A stretch of DNA of 64,000 nucleotides from an uncultured Candidatus Saccharibacteria bacterium (GTDB taxonomy: Bacteria; Patescibacteriota; Saccharimonadia; CAILAD01; BJGX01): the NCBI GenBank assembly GCA_964552475.1, contig CAZKFZ010000004.1, forward strand, positions 22,283-86,282, written 5' to 3'. The notes beneath the pieces are model-generated. The model was given only the letters and a program-made list of their open reading frames with translations. It was not told the DNA's origin and made no database searches. A program made the translations under genes and the position numbers. Shown in pieces: positions 18,965 through 28,524 of the stretch (its first letter is position 1; each line of letters opens with the position of its first letter).

Positions 18965-19681
18965 TTAGTCCTTTTTGTCAGCATCTTTTGAGGCTTCGCC
19001 GTCGGCAGGTTTGCCTTCGCCACCCTCGGTAGTTTCGACCTCGGCGCCTTCAACGCCCTCTTCACCTTCTTCGGCAGGCATTTCTTCTACAATATCTTCG
19101 TCTAGTGCATCAATTTCTTCTTGTGAGCGCGGCGCTTCTACCTTGGCAACCAATTCCTCGCCATCAACAAAGATCTCAACTCCTTCTGGAATAACCAGGT
19201 CACGTACATGAATAGATTTTTCAAAGTCGTCTAGTACGGTAATATCTACTTCTATATTAGCTGGAAGCTTGGCTGGGAGAGTTTCTACCTCCACCTCTTC
19301 AATATTTGTAAGTAATGTACCCTCTAGTTGGTAAACAGCTGGAGCATCGCCCACAAAGTGCAATGGCACGGTAGTACGAATAGCTTGGCTCATATTTACC
19401 CTATACAGATCGGCATGAATAAGATCGCCGGTGACAGGGTCGTGATTGACATCGTGAATAAGTACATTAGCAGATTTGTCTTGGTCTATCTTGAGATCTA
19501 AGATAGTATTATGACCCGACGCAGCAAAAACACGTCCAAATTCGTGGGCGTTTAGAAAAATTGGTTCATTAGCTTTGTCTTGACCATACACAATAGCTGG
19601 CAAATTACCAGATTTGCGCTCGGTTGAAAGTTTTTTTCCAAACACATCACGTGTCTGGCCAATAAGTGTAGTTTTGTCCAT
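18965..19681 (-). CDS. rplY: 50S ribosomal protein L25 / general stress protein Ctc form
   Basis: 238 aa. The N-terminal L25 domain reads RKSGNLPAIVYGQ and the C-terminal tail is acidic (E/D-rich). Confidence 0.8.
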   Translation of the reverse strand: MDKTTLIGQTRDVFGKKLSTERKSGNLPAIVYGQDKANEPIFLNAHEFGRVFAASGHNTILDLKIDQDKSANVLIHDVNHDPVTGDLIHADLYRVNMSQAIRTTVPLHFVGDAPAVYQLEGTLLTNIEEVEVETLPAKLPANIEVDITVLDDFEKSIHVRDLVIPEGVEIFVDGEELVAKVEAPRSQEEIDALDEDIVEEMPAEEGEEGVEGAEVETTEGGEGKPADGEASKDADKKD

Positions 19682-19696
19682 AATGTTATTAAAATA

Positions 19697-20083
19697 TTAG
19701 AAATGGGAATTGAGATCGGTAGTATGACTAGTAAGATAGAGGTGTAAATCAGCGACTTCGCTAGAATCAATCGGAGAAAGGCCTGAGAAGTGTTGCTTTT
19801 CACCCTTTTCTAAGTCATTCTTGCGAAGCTTACTACCATAGTAATGGCTAGATTTGGTTTTTTTACTCTCTAGTTGACCACTCAATAAAACAGTGGCAAG
19901 AATTGGTAACGAACAAGCTGTACAGGTTAGTTGCATAAAACAATGTTCATCTATACGACCCAAAAAGGTGATATCCTCATGCTGGTACTGTGCACCGCAT
20001 GATGGACACTTATAAAATACTTGTAGATTTTTTATCAATTCTTGAAGGTTCTTACCATTCATATTTACTACCCTCTTGCACAC
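19697..20083 (-). CDS. Zinc-ribbon domain hypothetical protein
   Basis: 128 aa with CPSCGAQ...CTAC (two CxxC pairs). Confidence 0.4.
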   Translation of the reverse strand: MCKRVVNMNGKNLQELIKNLQVFYKCPSCGAQYQHEDITFLGRIDEHCFMQLTCTACSLPILATVLLSGQLESKKTKSSHYYGSKLRKNDLEKGEKQHFSGLSPIDSSEVADLHLYLTSHTTDLNSHF

Positions 20084-20114
20084 AAGTGTAGCACAATATT
20101 ACTTGTAGTGTCAA

Positions 20115-21182
20115 TCAAGACTGCCTGCCTTTACGTCTAATAATTACCGACAGAAGAAGAAACATTAACATAAGTAGTATAACTAACGAGAAAATAGCTA
20201 CTATCTTTTGAGTTGGTGATGCTATAAGAGCAATACCACCAAATATTATACAGAGTGCGTAAATACTAAGGGCCGCCTGACGCTGTGAGAGACCAGCATC
20301 TAGTAATAAATAATGCAAGTGTCCTCTATCGGCGCTAAATGGCGATCTACCGCTTAAAATGCGTCTTAGAGCTGCCCAAACGGCGTCTATTATAGGAACA
20401 CCTAGTACTAGCGCGGCGGTAGCAAGCTTACCACCAGAGAATATAGCAATCACACCTAGACTCATACCTAAAAAATAAGCCCCAGAATCACCATTAAATA
20501 TTTTGGCTGGATGAAAGTTGTATACCAAATAACCCATACAACCACCAGCTAATGCAATAGAAATAAGTGCGGTCTGACTTTGTTGTACATCTGGGCTTAG
20601 GGCCAAAAAGAACATCACTACAGCCGCGATAGCAGCAATACCACCAGACAGGCCATCTATACCATCTACAAAGTTCATAGTGTTGGTCATACCAGCTAAC
20701 CAAAGAGTGGTAAAAAATAGTGCCACAATATTAAAACTCACCATGTAGCCAAGAACTCCAAAACTAAAAGTTGGGTCTGTAAAAACAAAACTTTGCCCGC
20801 CGATAGGATTAGTAACAGCCTCTATTCGAATTCCAAAAAAGCTAAAAGCTATTATCGCCGCCAAAATCTGTACTGTAAGTTTATGCCATGGTTTTAACCT
20901 AGAAATATCATCTATAAAGCCTAGTACCAACACTATTGTGCTAGCCACTATCAAACCCCAGTACTCTAGGTTGTGTTCAGGTACCAGAATAAGTGTAGTA
21001 ACAATAAAGGCCAAAAATATAGCTATGCCACCGCCACGTGCCATTGTGGTAGTGTGTATTTTTCTACTATTTTTTTCAGGCTTGACATCTACCGCACCAA
21101 CCATAAAGGCAAACTTTTTTACCGCTGGCACAAAAAGTGCGGCCAAAATAAGTGTGGTAAGTAGAGCAACAAAATATATCAT
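20115..21182 (-). CDS. Glycosyltransferase family 4 polyprenyl-phosphate sugar-1-phosphate transferase (MraY/WecA family)
   Basis: 355 aa with 10-11 TM helices and the NFVDGIDGL motif. Overlaps the downstream GT2 gene by 4 nt, forming an operon. Confidence 0.7.
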   Translation of the reverse strand: MIYFVALLTTLILAALFVPAVKKFAFMVGAVDVKPEKNSRKIHTTTMARGGGIAIFLAFIVTTLILVPEHNLEYWGLIVASTIVLVLGFIDDISRLKPWHKLTVQILAAIIAFSFFGIRIEAVTNPIGGQSFVFTDPTFSFGVLGYMVSFNIVALFFTTLWLAGMTNTMNFVDGIDGLSGGIAAIAAVVMFFLALSPDVQQSQTALISIALAGGCMGYLVYNFHPAKIFNGDSGAYFLGMSLGVIAIFSGGKLATAALVLGVPIIDAVWAALRRILSGRSPFSADRGHLHYLLLDAGLSQRQAALSIYALCIIFGGIALIASPTQKIVAIFSLVILLMLMFLLLSVIIRRKGRQS

Positions 21183-22846
21183 TTCTTTACAGCCTTCTCG
21201 GTAACAACAAAACCTAGATAGCGACCAAACATTAGCTTAGTTTGAGCACTAATGGCGGCAAATGCACCAAAAACTATAGCGGTAACCGGTACCAATATCC
21301 ACTGTAAAACCATATAGATTATGCGGTGTCGCTTAATGTGTGCTGGGCGCTTGGGGAGCATGATAAAACTTATCCAAATAGTAACAAACAAACCAACCAT
21401 TGCCAGCGTAAGTATGTTAGACGCTACTATGGGTAACTGATGAGCTATAGCCTGTCTGTTAAATGAGGTATTGAGATACAGGGGTGTCCAGGCTGCAAAA
21501 GTAAGAATAAGTGGTGCCGTTGCCCAACTAAAGTGCCCTTCAAATAACCTACCTATCTGTAAAAGCTTATTACTAGCTGCTATATTAGTGTTCTTTACGG
21601 AGTTTTTTACAACATACGGAAAATCACTTACACCGTAGGCCCACCTTTGAAGCTGCTTAAACTGTGCAATAAAGGTTCTTCTATAGGTGCGAGCCAATAC
21701 AGCGTCTTGATATATTGGTAGGAACAAAGGCTCTACCATATAGTCGCCGTTAAAGGCAAAATAACTACGATAAAACTGATGACCATCTTCTACGGGGCTA
21801 GTGATAGACCAGAAATCAGTATCTATTAGAGCATCTAGGCTTTGAGCATGAGAGGCAAAATTGCGTAATCTACCTTGCCTCACACTCTCTATCATCACCC
21901 AGAAAGAATTACTAGTAGCAATCACTCTCATGGGAGCAGGCACATCCCAAATATTATTATTAAACAAAGCTAAAGGCTGGAAAGAGCTGTGTTTTCTATT
22001 GGGATTTACACAGTAGGCGTAAGTTAAACGACTAAAATACTGGGGGTGTACTCGATGATCACAGTCAATTGTAGTAATAATTACATTGCTTGGATCGATA
22101 CCCTTTTTTTCTATGAATTTAAGTGCTTTTTTACCGGCAAAAGAAATGTTTGCGCCTTTGCCTTTTAGTTCTCCAGCTATATTATCTGGGTGACAGTATG
22201 TAATATACTCACCGAAATGTTTAGAATAATCTTTTTCAAGTGTTTTAGCAGTCTGCTTGGTGGATTGCCCGCCCCTAGCTTCGTAACTAAATACAAAAAT
22301 GACTTTTTTTCTATCATACTCCGAATCTATAAGCGCCTGTATAGCTGGTCGTATTATGTCTATAGACTCTATATAAAGTGGCATTATTACAAGATGATAT
22401 ATATCTTTTGGAGCCAATGTAGTTGCTTGGTGATCATATAAGAGCCCCAGTCTTTCTACCTCGGCCTTAAGATGCTTAATATGGGTTTTTGATGCTTTTC
22501 TACTAATGGATTGTGTAAGTCTGTCTTGAGCGTGAGAAAGAGTTGTCTCTATAGACTCTAGTTCAACAATTCTGGCGTTCCAATCTATAGCCTCTGTGTC
22601 ACGCATTTTTCTATAGCCCAACAGTAGAGAGTAGCTCATTCTTAGTGACTTAAGTAACCAAAAGAGATCAAAAGCAATAATAAAATAAGCAACTCCAATT
22701 GGCCATAGAAAGCTTAGGTATATAGGGCTAAGCAAAAATAACCAAGTTATTAGGCCAGGCAGTATCTCGAATATTCTATAAAACAGCCGTGAGTCGGCGA
22801 AACTTACAGAAGCAGGTATTGTATCTTGGGTATTAAGTTGTGCCAT
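21179..22846 (-). CDS. Membrane-embedded processive family-2 glycosyltransferase (cellulose/chitin/hyaluronan synthase-like)
   Basis: 555 aa. N- and C-terminal TM bundles flank a GT-A domain with TIDCDHRV (D,D,D) and QLQRWAYG (the QxxRW motif of processive beta-glycosyltransferases). Confidence 0.7.
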   Translation of the reverse strand: MAQLNTQDTIPASVSFADSRLFYRIFEILPGLITWLFLLSPIYLSFLWPIGVAYFIIAFDLFWLLKSLRMSYSLLLGYRKMRDTEAIDWNARIVELESIETTLSHAQDRLTQSISRKASKTHIKHLKAEVERLGLLYDHQATTLAPKDIYHLVIMPLYIESIDIIRPAIQALIDSEYDRKKVIFVFSYEARGGQSTKQTAKTLEKDYSKHFGEYITYCHPDNIAGELKGKGANISFAGKKALKFIEKKGIDPSNVIITTIDCDHRVHPQYFSRLTYAYCVNPNRKHSSFQPLALFNNNIWDVPAPMRVIATSNSFWVMIESVRQGRLRNFASHAQSLDALIDTDFWSITSPVEDGHQFYRSYFAFNGDYMVEPLFLPIYQDAVLARTYRRTFIAQFKQLQRWAYGVSDFPYVVKNSVKNTNIAASNKLLQIGRLFEGHFSWATAPLILTFAAWTPLYLNTSFNRQAIAHQLPIVASNILTLAMVGLFVTIWISFIMLPKRPAHIKRHRIIYMVLQWILVPVTAIVFGAFAAISAQTKLMFGRYLGFVVTEKAVKK

Positions 22847-23219
22847 ATTTTATTACCGTAAAACCCAGTAAAATTGCAATTGCCAAAATTACTACCATTA
22901 GAGCAGCAATTGCCAAGAATATACTCAGTATTCTATTTTTTTTGTGCAGTAGTGTTGCTAGAAAGATATTCATTAGTGAGACAATTACGGCAATTGCAGT
23001 AATATCATAGAGTTGATACCAGGGGCCGAGTTGATCAAAATTTGACAGCGAGGTGAACCTTACCGGAAGGTCAATGTTGACCTTATATATATGTGTAACC
23101 GACCAAATTATTAAAAAGGCATTACCAATAATAATGAGTACAACTATACCAATAAGCCAGCCATCTTTAAAAAACATTTGGCCTTTGAGCTCGGATTTGA
23201 TTTTTTTTAGTGTCTGCAT
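22833..23219 (-). CDS. Small membrane protein, possible accessory subunit of the GT2 synthase
   Basis: 128 aa with 3-4 TM helices. Its end overlaps the GT2 start. Confidence 0.4.
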   Translation of the reverse strand: MQTLKKIKSELKGQMFFKDGWLIGIVVLIIIGNAFLIIWSVTHIYKVNIDLPVRFTSLSNFDQLGPWYQLYDITAIAVIVSLMNIFLATLLHKKNRILSIFLAIAALMVVILAIAILLGFTVIKYGTT

Positions 23220-23298
23220 ACCAATATAGCTATATTATACCCTAAAATTACTTAAAAAAATGACCCCATCATCAAGTTGGGTATCTCGAAAATTCCCT

Positions 23299-23374
23299 TG
23301 GAGCCGATGAGCGGGATCGAACCGCTGGCCTATACTTTACGAAAGTATCGCTCTACCAACTGAGCTACATCGGC
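23299..23374 (-). tRNA. tRNA-Thr (anticodon CGU)
   Basis: The reverse complement GCCGAUGUAGCUCAGUUGGUAGAGCGAUACUUUCGUAAAGUAUAGGCCAGCGGUUCGAUCCCGCUCAUCGGCUCCA has anticodon loop UUCGUAA and T-loop GGUUCGAUCC. Confidence 0.85.
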
Positions 23375-23452
23375 CTATACACAAATATGAGTTACTCATT
23401 ACAGGTTAGAGCAACTCATATTCTATCATATATATTTTAGCTGTAGTTCTAC

Positions 23453-23698
23453 TTAGACAATACGTTTTTTTAAGCGATTTGAAAGTTTTTGCCAAGCCTC
23501 GTACTCGGTTATTTTACGTTCATTGGGGCTTAAGAAAAACGATCTACCAAACTTGGTCTTGCCCTTTTGCGATATTGATCGAATATCTAGTACATTTTCG
23601 CTACCCAAATAAGGCACTTGGTCGTGTGCCTTTACCACCCTCACCTTTACCTTGCGTGGTCTGGTGACTTGATAATATGTTAGCATTGCAACTTGCAT
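23453..23698 (-). CDS. Small basic hypothetical protein
   Basis: 81 aa, Lys/Arg-rich. No family recognised. Confidence 0.3.
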   Translation of the reverse strand: MQVAMLTYYQVTRPRKVKVRVVKAHDQVPYLGSENVLDIRSISQKGKTKFGRSFFLSPNERKITEYEAWQKLSNRLKKRIV

Positions 23699-23878
23699 TA
23701 GTTGCCCTCCTTTTTGTTTTTATATTATTTTTTGTTTTTATATTATTAAAAACTTATCTGACTTCACCTCTGAAGTTACCTATATCGTATCAAATAGTTA
23801 TGCAATAGTCAATAATATTCTTATGCTTTTTTTATAGTAAAAATCCTCCAAAATTTTTGCATTCTGGAGGATTTAGAT

Positions 23879-24490
23879 TTACCAAGTTTCTCGCTCAGCA
23901 ATCAAGTTTACTCTAGCCTGCCCTTCAAATATCTTATAAAACAGGTCTGTAGAGAATATTCTCTCACGAGACAAGAGCCTATCTATAAAGGCATTGCGAC
24001 CAGCGCTCTGTAAAGAGCCAGCAAATGCTGCAAACTCTCGGCCAATCTTCTCACTATTTTCTCTATAGACATCTGGTAAGGACGCTAAGGAGCAGAGATC
24101 GAGGTCGCAAAGCATAGCTGCTTGCCAGCTATTTGGTACATGGTCTTTGGTACACTCAATCATCTGGGCAATAAGCTTAATATCGACCCGTGTTACGCCC
24201 AAATCTGGCAAAATTGTCTTTGCAATCATAGCGCTATCGGCCTCATTGTAGCTACTACCAGGCTCATAGACTATGTTGTGTAGCCAAACGGCGATCTTTA
24301 CTACTCTAGGTACAAAATCAAAGTACTCTTCGGCTACTAATAGTAAATACTCAATATGTTCTAGTGAGTGAAAATGCCGATTTGGCGCATGATAATGATC
24401 TTTCACCCAGTTAAACCACTCTAGCGATGTATCTAGCGAAACAGTTGGGAAAAGATCTACCCAACGCTGCATCATGCTTTTGGTCATCAT
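23879..24490 (-). CDS. HD-domain superfamily protein (putative metal-dependent phosphohydrolase)
   Basis: 203 aa with H...HSLEH...D spacing consistent with an HD fold. Family assignment is tentative. Confidence 0.45.
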   Translation of the reverse strand: MMTKSMMQRWVDLFPTVSLDTSLEWFNWVKDHYHAPNRHFHSLEHIEYLLLVAEEYFDFVPRVVKIAVWLHNIVYEPGSSYNEADSAMIAKTILPDLGVTRVDIKLIAQMIECTKDHVPNSWQAAMLCDLDLCSLASLPDVYRENSEKIGREFAAFAGSLQSAGRNAFIDRLLSRERIFSTDLFYKIFEGQARVNLIAERETW

Positions 24491-24500
24491 GGTGTCTCCT

Positions 24501-24686
24501 TTAGTCTTTAAAGAAACTATACATTAGATCATCTGGTGGAGCTTTGCCAATTTGCCTTTTGGCTTGGTCTATCCAGGCCTGAGCATTAGGACAAACACCA
24601 CTCACGCAGTCCCAAAAATCGCGACCACTACCGTTCCAGCGAGGGTCGGATTCGCTAGTAATACTCCAGGTACCCTCTCTAGGCAT
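24501..24686 (-). CDS. Small Cys/Trp-rich hypothetical protein
   Basis: 61 aa (MPREGTWSITSESDPRWNGSGRDFWDCVSGVCPNAQAWIDQAK...) immediately downstream of the HD gene and co-oriented with it. Confidence 0.25.
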   Translation of the reverse strand: MPREGTWSITSESDPRWNGSGRDFWDCVSGVCPNAQAWIDQAKRQIGKAPPDDLMYSFFKD

Positions 24687-24790
24687 CTTAGTTTCCTTTT
24701 GTTGTTTTTAAGGTACACTCAAATATTAGTCTCTTGTTACAATAGTGTAAAGTGTGTATAATAATCATTATACAAAGGAGTAAATATATA

Positions 24791-25567
24791 ATGATAAATC
24801 AAAAATTATTCCTGGCTAAATTAGATCTTAGTGAGGCCGAGATTGATGTGTATCTGGCAATGGTACAGGGAGCCTTGGCAGCGCGCGATATCGTACAGGT
24901 TACCGGCAGAAGCCGACCCACTGTGTATTATGCTCTCACCTCTCTAGAGCGACGTGGTTTTATCAGTAAAACTGGCCTAGAAGATGACAAGCGTTTTCGT
25001 ATAGAGCCTTTAAAAAGACTTAAAACTATTCTAGAAACCAAGCAATCAGAGCTAGTGGCACTAAATAAGCAGGCTGATGAGTTTATAGCTCATTTTAAAC
25101 AAACTCAACCTGGCGATCACAAGCCACAAGTATCTTTTTATGAAGGTGCGGCGGCGGTACGCAACGTTATTATGGAAACGGTTTATTGTAAGAGCAAACA
25201 TATAGACAGTCTAGTGCCTACCAATAATTTCTTTTGGCAGCTAGGGGAAGACTTTGTGCAGCACTATGTGGCTATGCGGCAAAAACACCGAGTAAGTACT
25301 AAAAATTTATGGGGAACTACCATAAACCCTCAAGAAATAAGCAAATACTACAACAAGGCCGAGATACGAATGTTGCCCAAAGGAGTCGGTGAAAGCTTTG
25401 ATAGTACGGTATTTATGTTTGACAACTCAGTACTATATATATCTTCATTATCTAGTGGTTATGGTCTATTAGTACAATCAAAAGAACACTTCCATCTTAT
25501 GCAAGCTATGTATAAGACTATGTGGCAAATCTCTAAACCGCTAGATTTAAATATAAAAACGGCTTAA
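24791..25567 (+). CDS. TrmB-family transcriptional regulator
   Basis: Internal start of the 24752 ORF at MINQKLFLAKLDLSEAEIDVYLAMV.... The N-terminal wHTH of the TrmB type (LGLSEYEAKVY-like) is followed by a TrmB C-domain-sized region. Confidence 0.6.
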   Translation: MINQKLFLAKLDLSEAEIDVYLAMVQGALAARDIVQVTGRSRPTVYYALTSLERRGFISKTGLEDDKRFRIEPLKRLKTILETKQSELVALNKQADEFIAHFKQTQPGDHKPQVSFYEGAAAVRNVIMETVYCKSKHIDSLVPTNNFFWQLGEDFVQHYVAMRQKHRVSTKNLWGTTINPQEISKYYNKAEIRMLPKGVGESFDSTVFMFDNSVLYISSLSSGYGLLVQSKEHFHLMQAMYKTMWQISKPLDLNIKTA

Positions 25568-25618
25568 ACTTTCGTTTAAACCGTTTGTCATTACTTTGCA
25601 TTATTTATAAGCCTACCT

Positions 25619-25936
25619 CTAAGGTAGATTGCGCATGCGCTCCCAGTTGTATTCAACCTGACGGTTGCCAGATGAACGCCGATGGCTTGAGCCACTCGAG
25701 CCAAAAACTACAGCACCAACCGCAGTACACGCCCAGAAGATCAAGCCACCGACCAGTTCTGCTAAGATAAACACCTCAGCAGCACCCCAGGCAATTTGAT
25801 TACCGTTGGTTGGATCAGCCTTGACACCATCTACCATATTCACGATGCCACCGATCAAGAACACCCAAATACCTACATACAGACCGAGTACAACGCCAGC
25901 AATAATGAAAAGTACACCGAGAATTTTCACGTTCAC
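25619..25936 (-). CDS. Small membrane protein (hypothetical)
   Basis: 105 aa with three hydrophobic helices and a Gly-rich composition. Confidence 0.4.
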   Translation of the reverse strand: MNVKILGVLFIIAGVVLGLYVGIWVFLIGGIVNMVDGVKADPTNGNQIAWGAAEVFILAELVGGLIFWACTAVGAVVFGSSGSSHRRSSGNRQVEYNWERMRNLP

Positions 25937-26060
25937 CTCATCTAGGTACTCACAGGGAGGCTGCCCTGTCAGATTACTAATGGGTAGTAATGATTGCTAT
26001 AATAACATATTAGATATTCATAGTCAATATAAAACTCCCCACCAACCGGTGAGGAGTATG

Positions 26061-26462
26061 TTATTTACTGGCGCTATGTTCGTCAGCAGCATCTGAAATC
26101 GATCTAAAATCCTCTTTTGTCATAGACCGCTCAGTGCCGTCACGTTCAATAACCTTTTTGCCTATCCTTACATGTACCCAGCCATTGTCGTAAGCAGGGC
26201 CTGCTTGGTGCATAGGTAGCCAATGTGACTTACCATCAATCACCATTTCGTAGCGAGGAAACTCACGTTCTAACCAACGAATTTCGCTCTCAAGACTTCT
26301 TACTACCTCCTGTACTACTAGCTGTGCAGCAGCATCTACTGAAGCGTCAAAAACAACACCCGTATCCACCACTCCAGTGTCAGCTAGCTCACGTGCTGCA
26401 TACACAGCAGCTTGGCGCCACCGTTGCTTGAGTTCTTCGGTAACCAACGCTGTATCGGTCAT
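26061..26462 (-). CDS. Hypothetical protein
   Basis: 133 aa with an ATGA overlap to the upstream alpha/beta hydrolase gene. Compositionally more GC-rich than neighbours. No motif recognised. Confidence 0.4.
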   Translation of the reverse strand: MTDTALVTEELKQRWRQAAVYAARELADTGVVDTGVVFDASVDAAAQLVVQEVVRSLESEIRWLEREFPRYEMVIDGKSHWLPMHQAGPAYDNGWVHVRIGKKVIERDGTERSMTKEDFRSISDAADEHSASK

Positions 26463-27106
26463 TTCACCCCTTTGAATAGGCTCTGAGTATTATAGCTGTC
26501 TTTTGTATTATGTAAAAGTCTAGCTAAGCCCATTACTACTCCCACAAGATGACCAACGGCCAATACACGGTGTTGTTCAACTCCTACAATGCTCATCGTA
26601 CCAACCGGTACAACACAGTCTAATAGCGGTTTGTAGATAGTAATTAGCAGTTTGTCTTGCACTGTAAGCCTATTTACAAATTGCTCGTCACAATCTACTA
26701 CTGAGTGCAAGTATGCAATACTAGGCTTTTTACCTTTTCTATGCAAGGCAGTTTGTACTAGGTGATTTCTATCACCTAGTTGCAGGCGACCACTAATACA
26801 AACGAGTTTAATACTGGCATCTGGAAACTCTTGGCGTAACTGTACAAACACCGATAGTGCTAAGCTAGCCCCAGCACTAACGCCTACAAGAGTAAGTTGA
26901 TTGGTGCTAGCAAGTATTTCCTTGGCTTGCACAACCACTTTTGAGCGTAACTCTATAACATCTCCATTGCCATGCCAATCAACACTAGTAAAATGAAGGT
27001 CTATATATTTACGGCTAAATAGCCAACTTAGTAATCTTTCTGGCCAACCAACGCCTGTTCTCTCTAAGCCATTAATATAGAGCATCTGTGAATGAGTTTT
27101 TTTCAC
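26459..27106 (-). CDS. Alpha/beta-hydrolase fold protein
   Basis: 215 aa with a GVSAGAS nucleophile elbow (GxSxG). Confidence 0.5.
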   Translation of the reverse strand: MKKTHSQMLYINGLERTGVGWPERLLSWLFSRKYIDLHFTSVDWHGNGDVIELRSKVVVQAKEILASTNQLTLVGVSAGASLALSVFVQLRQEFPDASIKLVCISGRLQLGDRNHLVQTALHRKGKKPSIAYLHSVVDCDEQFVNRLTVQDKLLITIYKPLLDCVVPVGTMSIVGVEQHRVLAVGHLVGVVMGLARLLHNTKDSYNTQSLFKGVK

Positions 27107-27266
27107 TTGTCACCTATTTAGGATTGTGAAAGAGCTTTACGGCACCTAGAATACCATATTTTATTAAAATATTCAATAATAAATTTATTTGGTGTGGCTC
27201 GATCCGGATAGCGACAGAATACTTCGTTTTTGTCTAACCGGCTTCGCCGGTCAAACCTGGTCATCA

Positions 27267-27292
27267 TGAAAAAAGCATCACAGTAGTGATGC
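27267..27292 (-). terminator. Rho-independent terminator downstream of the XRE regulator gene
   Basis: Minus-strand GCAUCAC-UACU-GUGAUGC hairpin followed by UUUUUU. Confidence 0.6.
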
Positions 27293-27451
27293 ACTTTTCA
27301 TGGCGGGGGCTAGTTGTTACATTGAGAACTTGTGCTAATGACTTTGAGGGTTATGAGTTTGATAATTTGTTTGACGCTATTGAAGAGCACGAGCCAAGTC
27401 TTGCCATATTACAACCAGCATCAGCTCAATAGGCTATAGCTCACTTGTTGA

Positions 27452-27673
27452 TTAGAGCCTTTTGAATAGGTCTACTAGCGATATATTAAGAGCCTTTGCT
27501 ATCTTATGGATATTCCCAATACTCGGATTGCGTTTACCTTGCTCAATAAACCCAATATAAGTTCTATGAACATCAATTATATCTGCTAGTTTTTCTTGCG
27601 TAATACCCGTTTTCTTACGAACTTCAGATATTCGCCGACCTAACTCTTTTAAAAATAAATCTTCAGAAGCCAT
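27452..27673 (-). CDS. XRE-family HTH transcriptional regulator
   Basis: 73 aa with the canonical Cro/C1 HTH (ITQEKLADIIDVHRTYIGFIEQGKRNPS). Confidence 0.8.
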   Translation of the reverse strand: MASEDLFLKELGRRISEVRKKTGITQEKLADIIDVHRTYIGFIEQGKRNPSIGNIHKIAKALNISLVDLFKRL

Positions 27674-27764
27674 ACATACAGTTTGTCGCTATTAGCCTGT
27701 TGCTTCTACAGACAGCTTGTAGCATAATTATGAATAAGAAATAACAATTTAAGGAGAAGATGTA

Positions 27765-28520
27765 ATGAAAAATGAAGAACACAAAGCTGCCCCTGCACAG
27801 CCTGAGGCAGCTCATCACCCTGTACAAGCACCTACCAAAACAAACACCCTAGCAATTTGGGGTTTTATTCTAGCTATCTTACTGCCACTTATTGGCCTAA
27901 TTTTATCAATTATTGCAATTTCACAGATTAAAAAATCAAATGAGGGCGGCAAAGGTTTAGCCATAGCTGGCATTGTCATAGCAAGCATTTTGCTCTTTTT
28001 CCAGCTAATTATATTTGTTTCATTGGTTAATGGGGCTAAAAATATTTCAACAACGACAAGCTCAGACAAAAGCTCACAGTCATCTTCAAGCAACTCAGGT
28101 TCAAAGCCTGCTGAAGTAGCTAAAATTGGCCAAGCTGTGCGAGATGGTAAGTTTGAGTTTACTGTTACGGGCTTCAGCTGTGGTCAAACATCAGTCGGGA
28201 CAAACCAATATCTAACCAAGCAAGCTCAAGGTCAGTTTTGTATGCTAAATCTTAGTATCAAGAACATTGGCGACCAAGCTCAAAGCCTATTTTCTGGCAA
28301 TCAAAAACTACTTAACGGCAGCACCCAGTATTCTGCAGATGATACGGCTACTTTGTATGCTGGGCCATCAGGCTCAACTTCTACTTGGTTCAACGACATA
28401 AACCCTGGTAATAGCGTTTCAGGCACAATTGTCTTTGATGTGCCAAAGGGCGTTACCCCAACCCAGGCTGAATTGCACGATAGTGCGTTTTCAGGCGGTA
28501 TAAAAGTTAACTTGCAATAA
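27765..28520 (+). CDS. Membrane-anchored DUF4190/DUF4352-like protein
   Basis: 251 aa with an N-terminal TM pair (DUF4190-like), a Ser-rich linker, and a C-terminal beta-rich domain with the GxxFDVPKG pattern typical of DUF4352. Confidence 0.5.
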   Translation: MKNEEHKAAPAQPEAAHHPVQAPTKTNTLAIWGFILAILLPLIGLILSIIAISQIKKSNEGGKGLAIAGIVIASILLFFQLIIFVSLVNGAKNISTTTSSDKSSQSSSSNSGSKPAEVAKIGQAVRDGKFEFTVTGFSCGQTSVGTNQYLTKQAQGQFCMLNLSIKNIGDQAQSLFSGNQKLLNGSTQYSADDTATLYAGPSGSTSTWFNDINPGNSVSGTIVFDVPKGVTPTQAELHDSAFSGGIKVNLQ

Positions 28521-28524
28521 GTTA

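Noticed and set aside
27181-27260. tRNA-like string GGTGTGGCTCGATCCGGATAGCGACAG...
   Set aside because: It cannot be folded into a cloverleaf (no D- or T-arm on either strand). The adjacent hairpin is better explained as the intrinsic terminator of the XRE gene.
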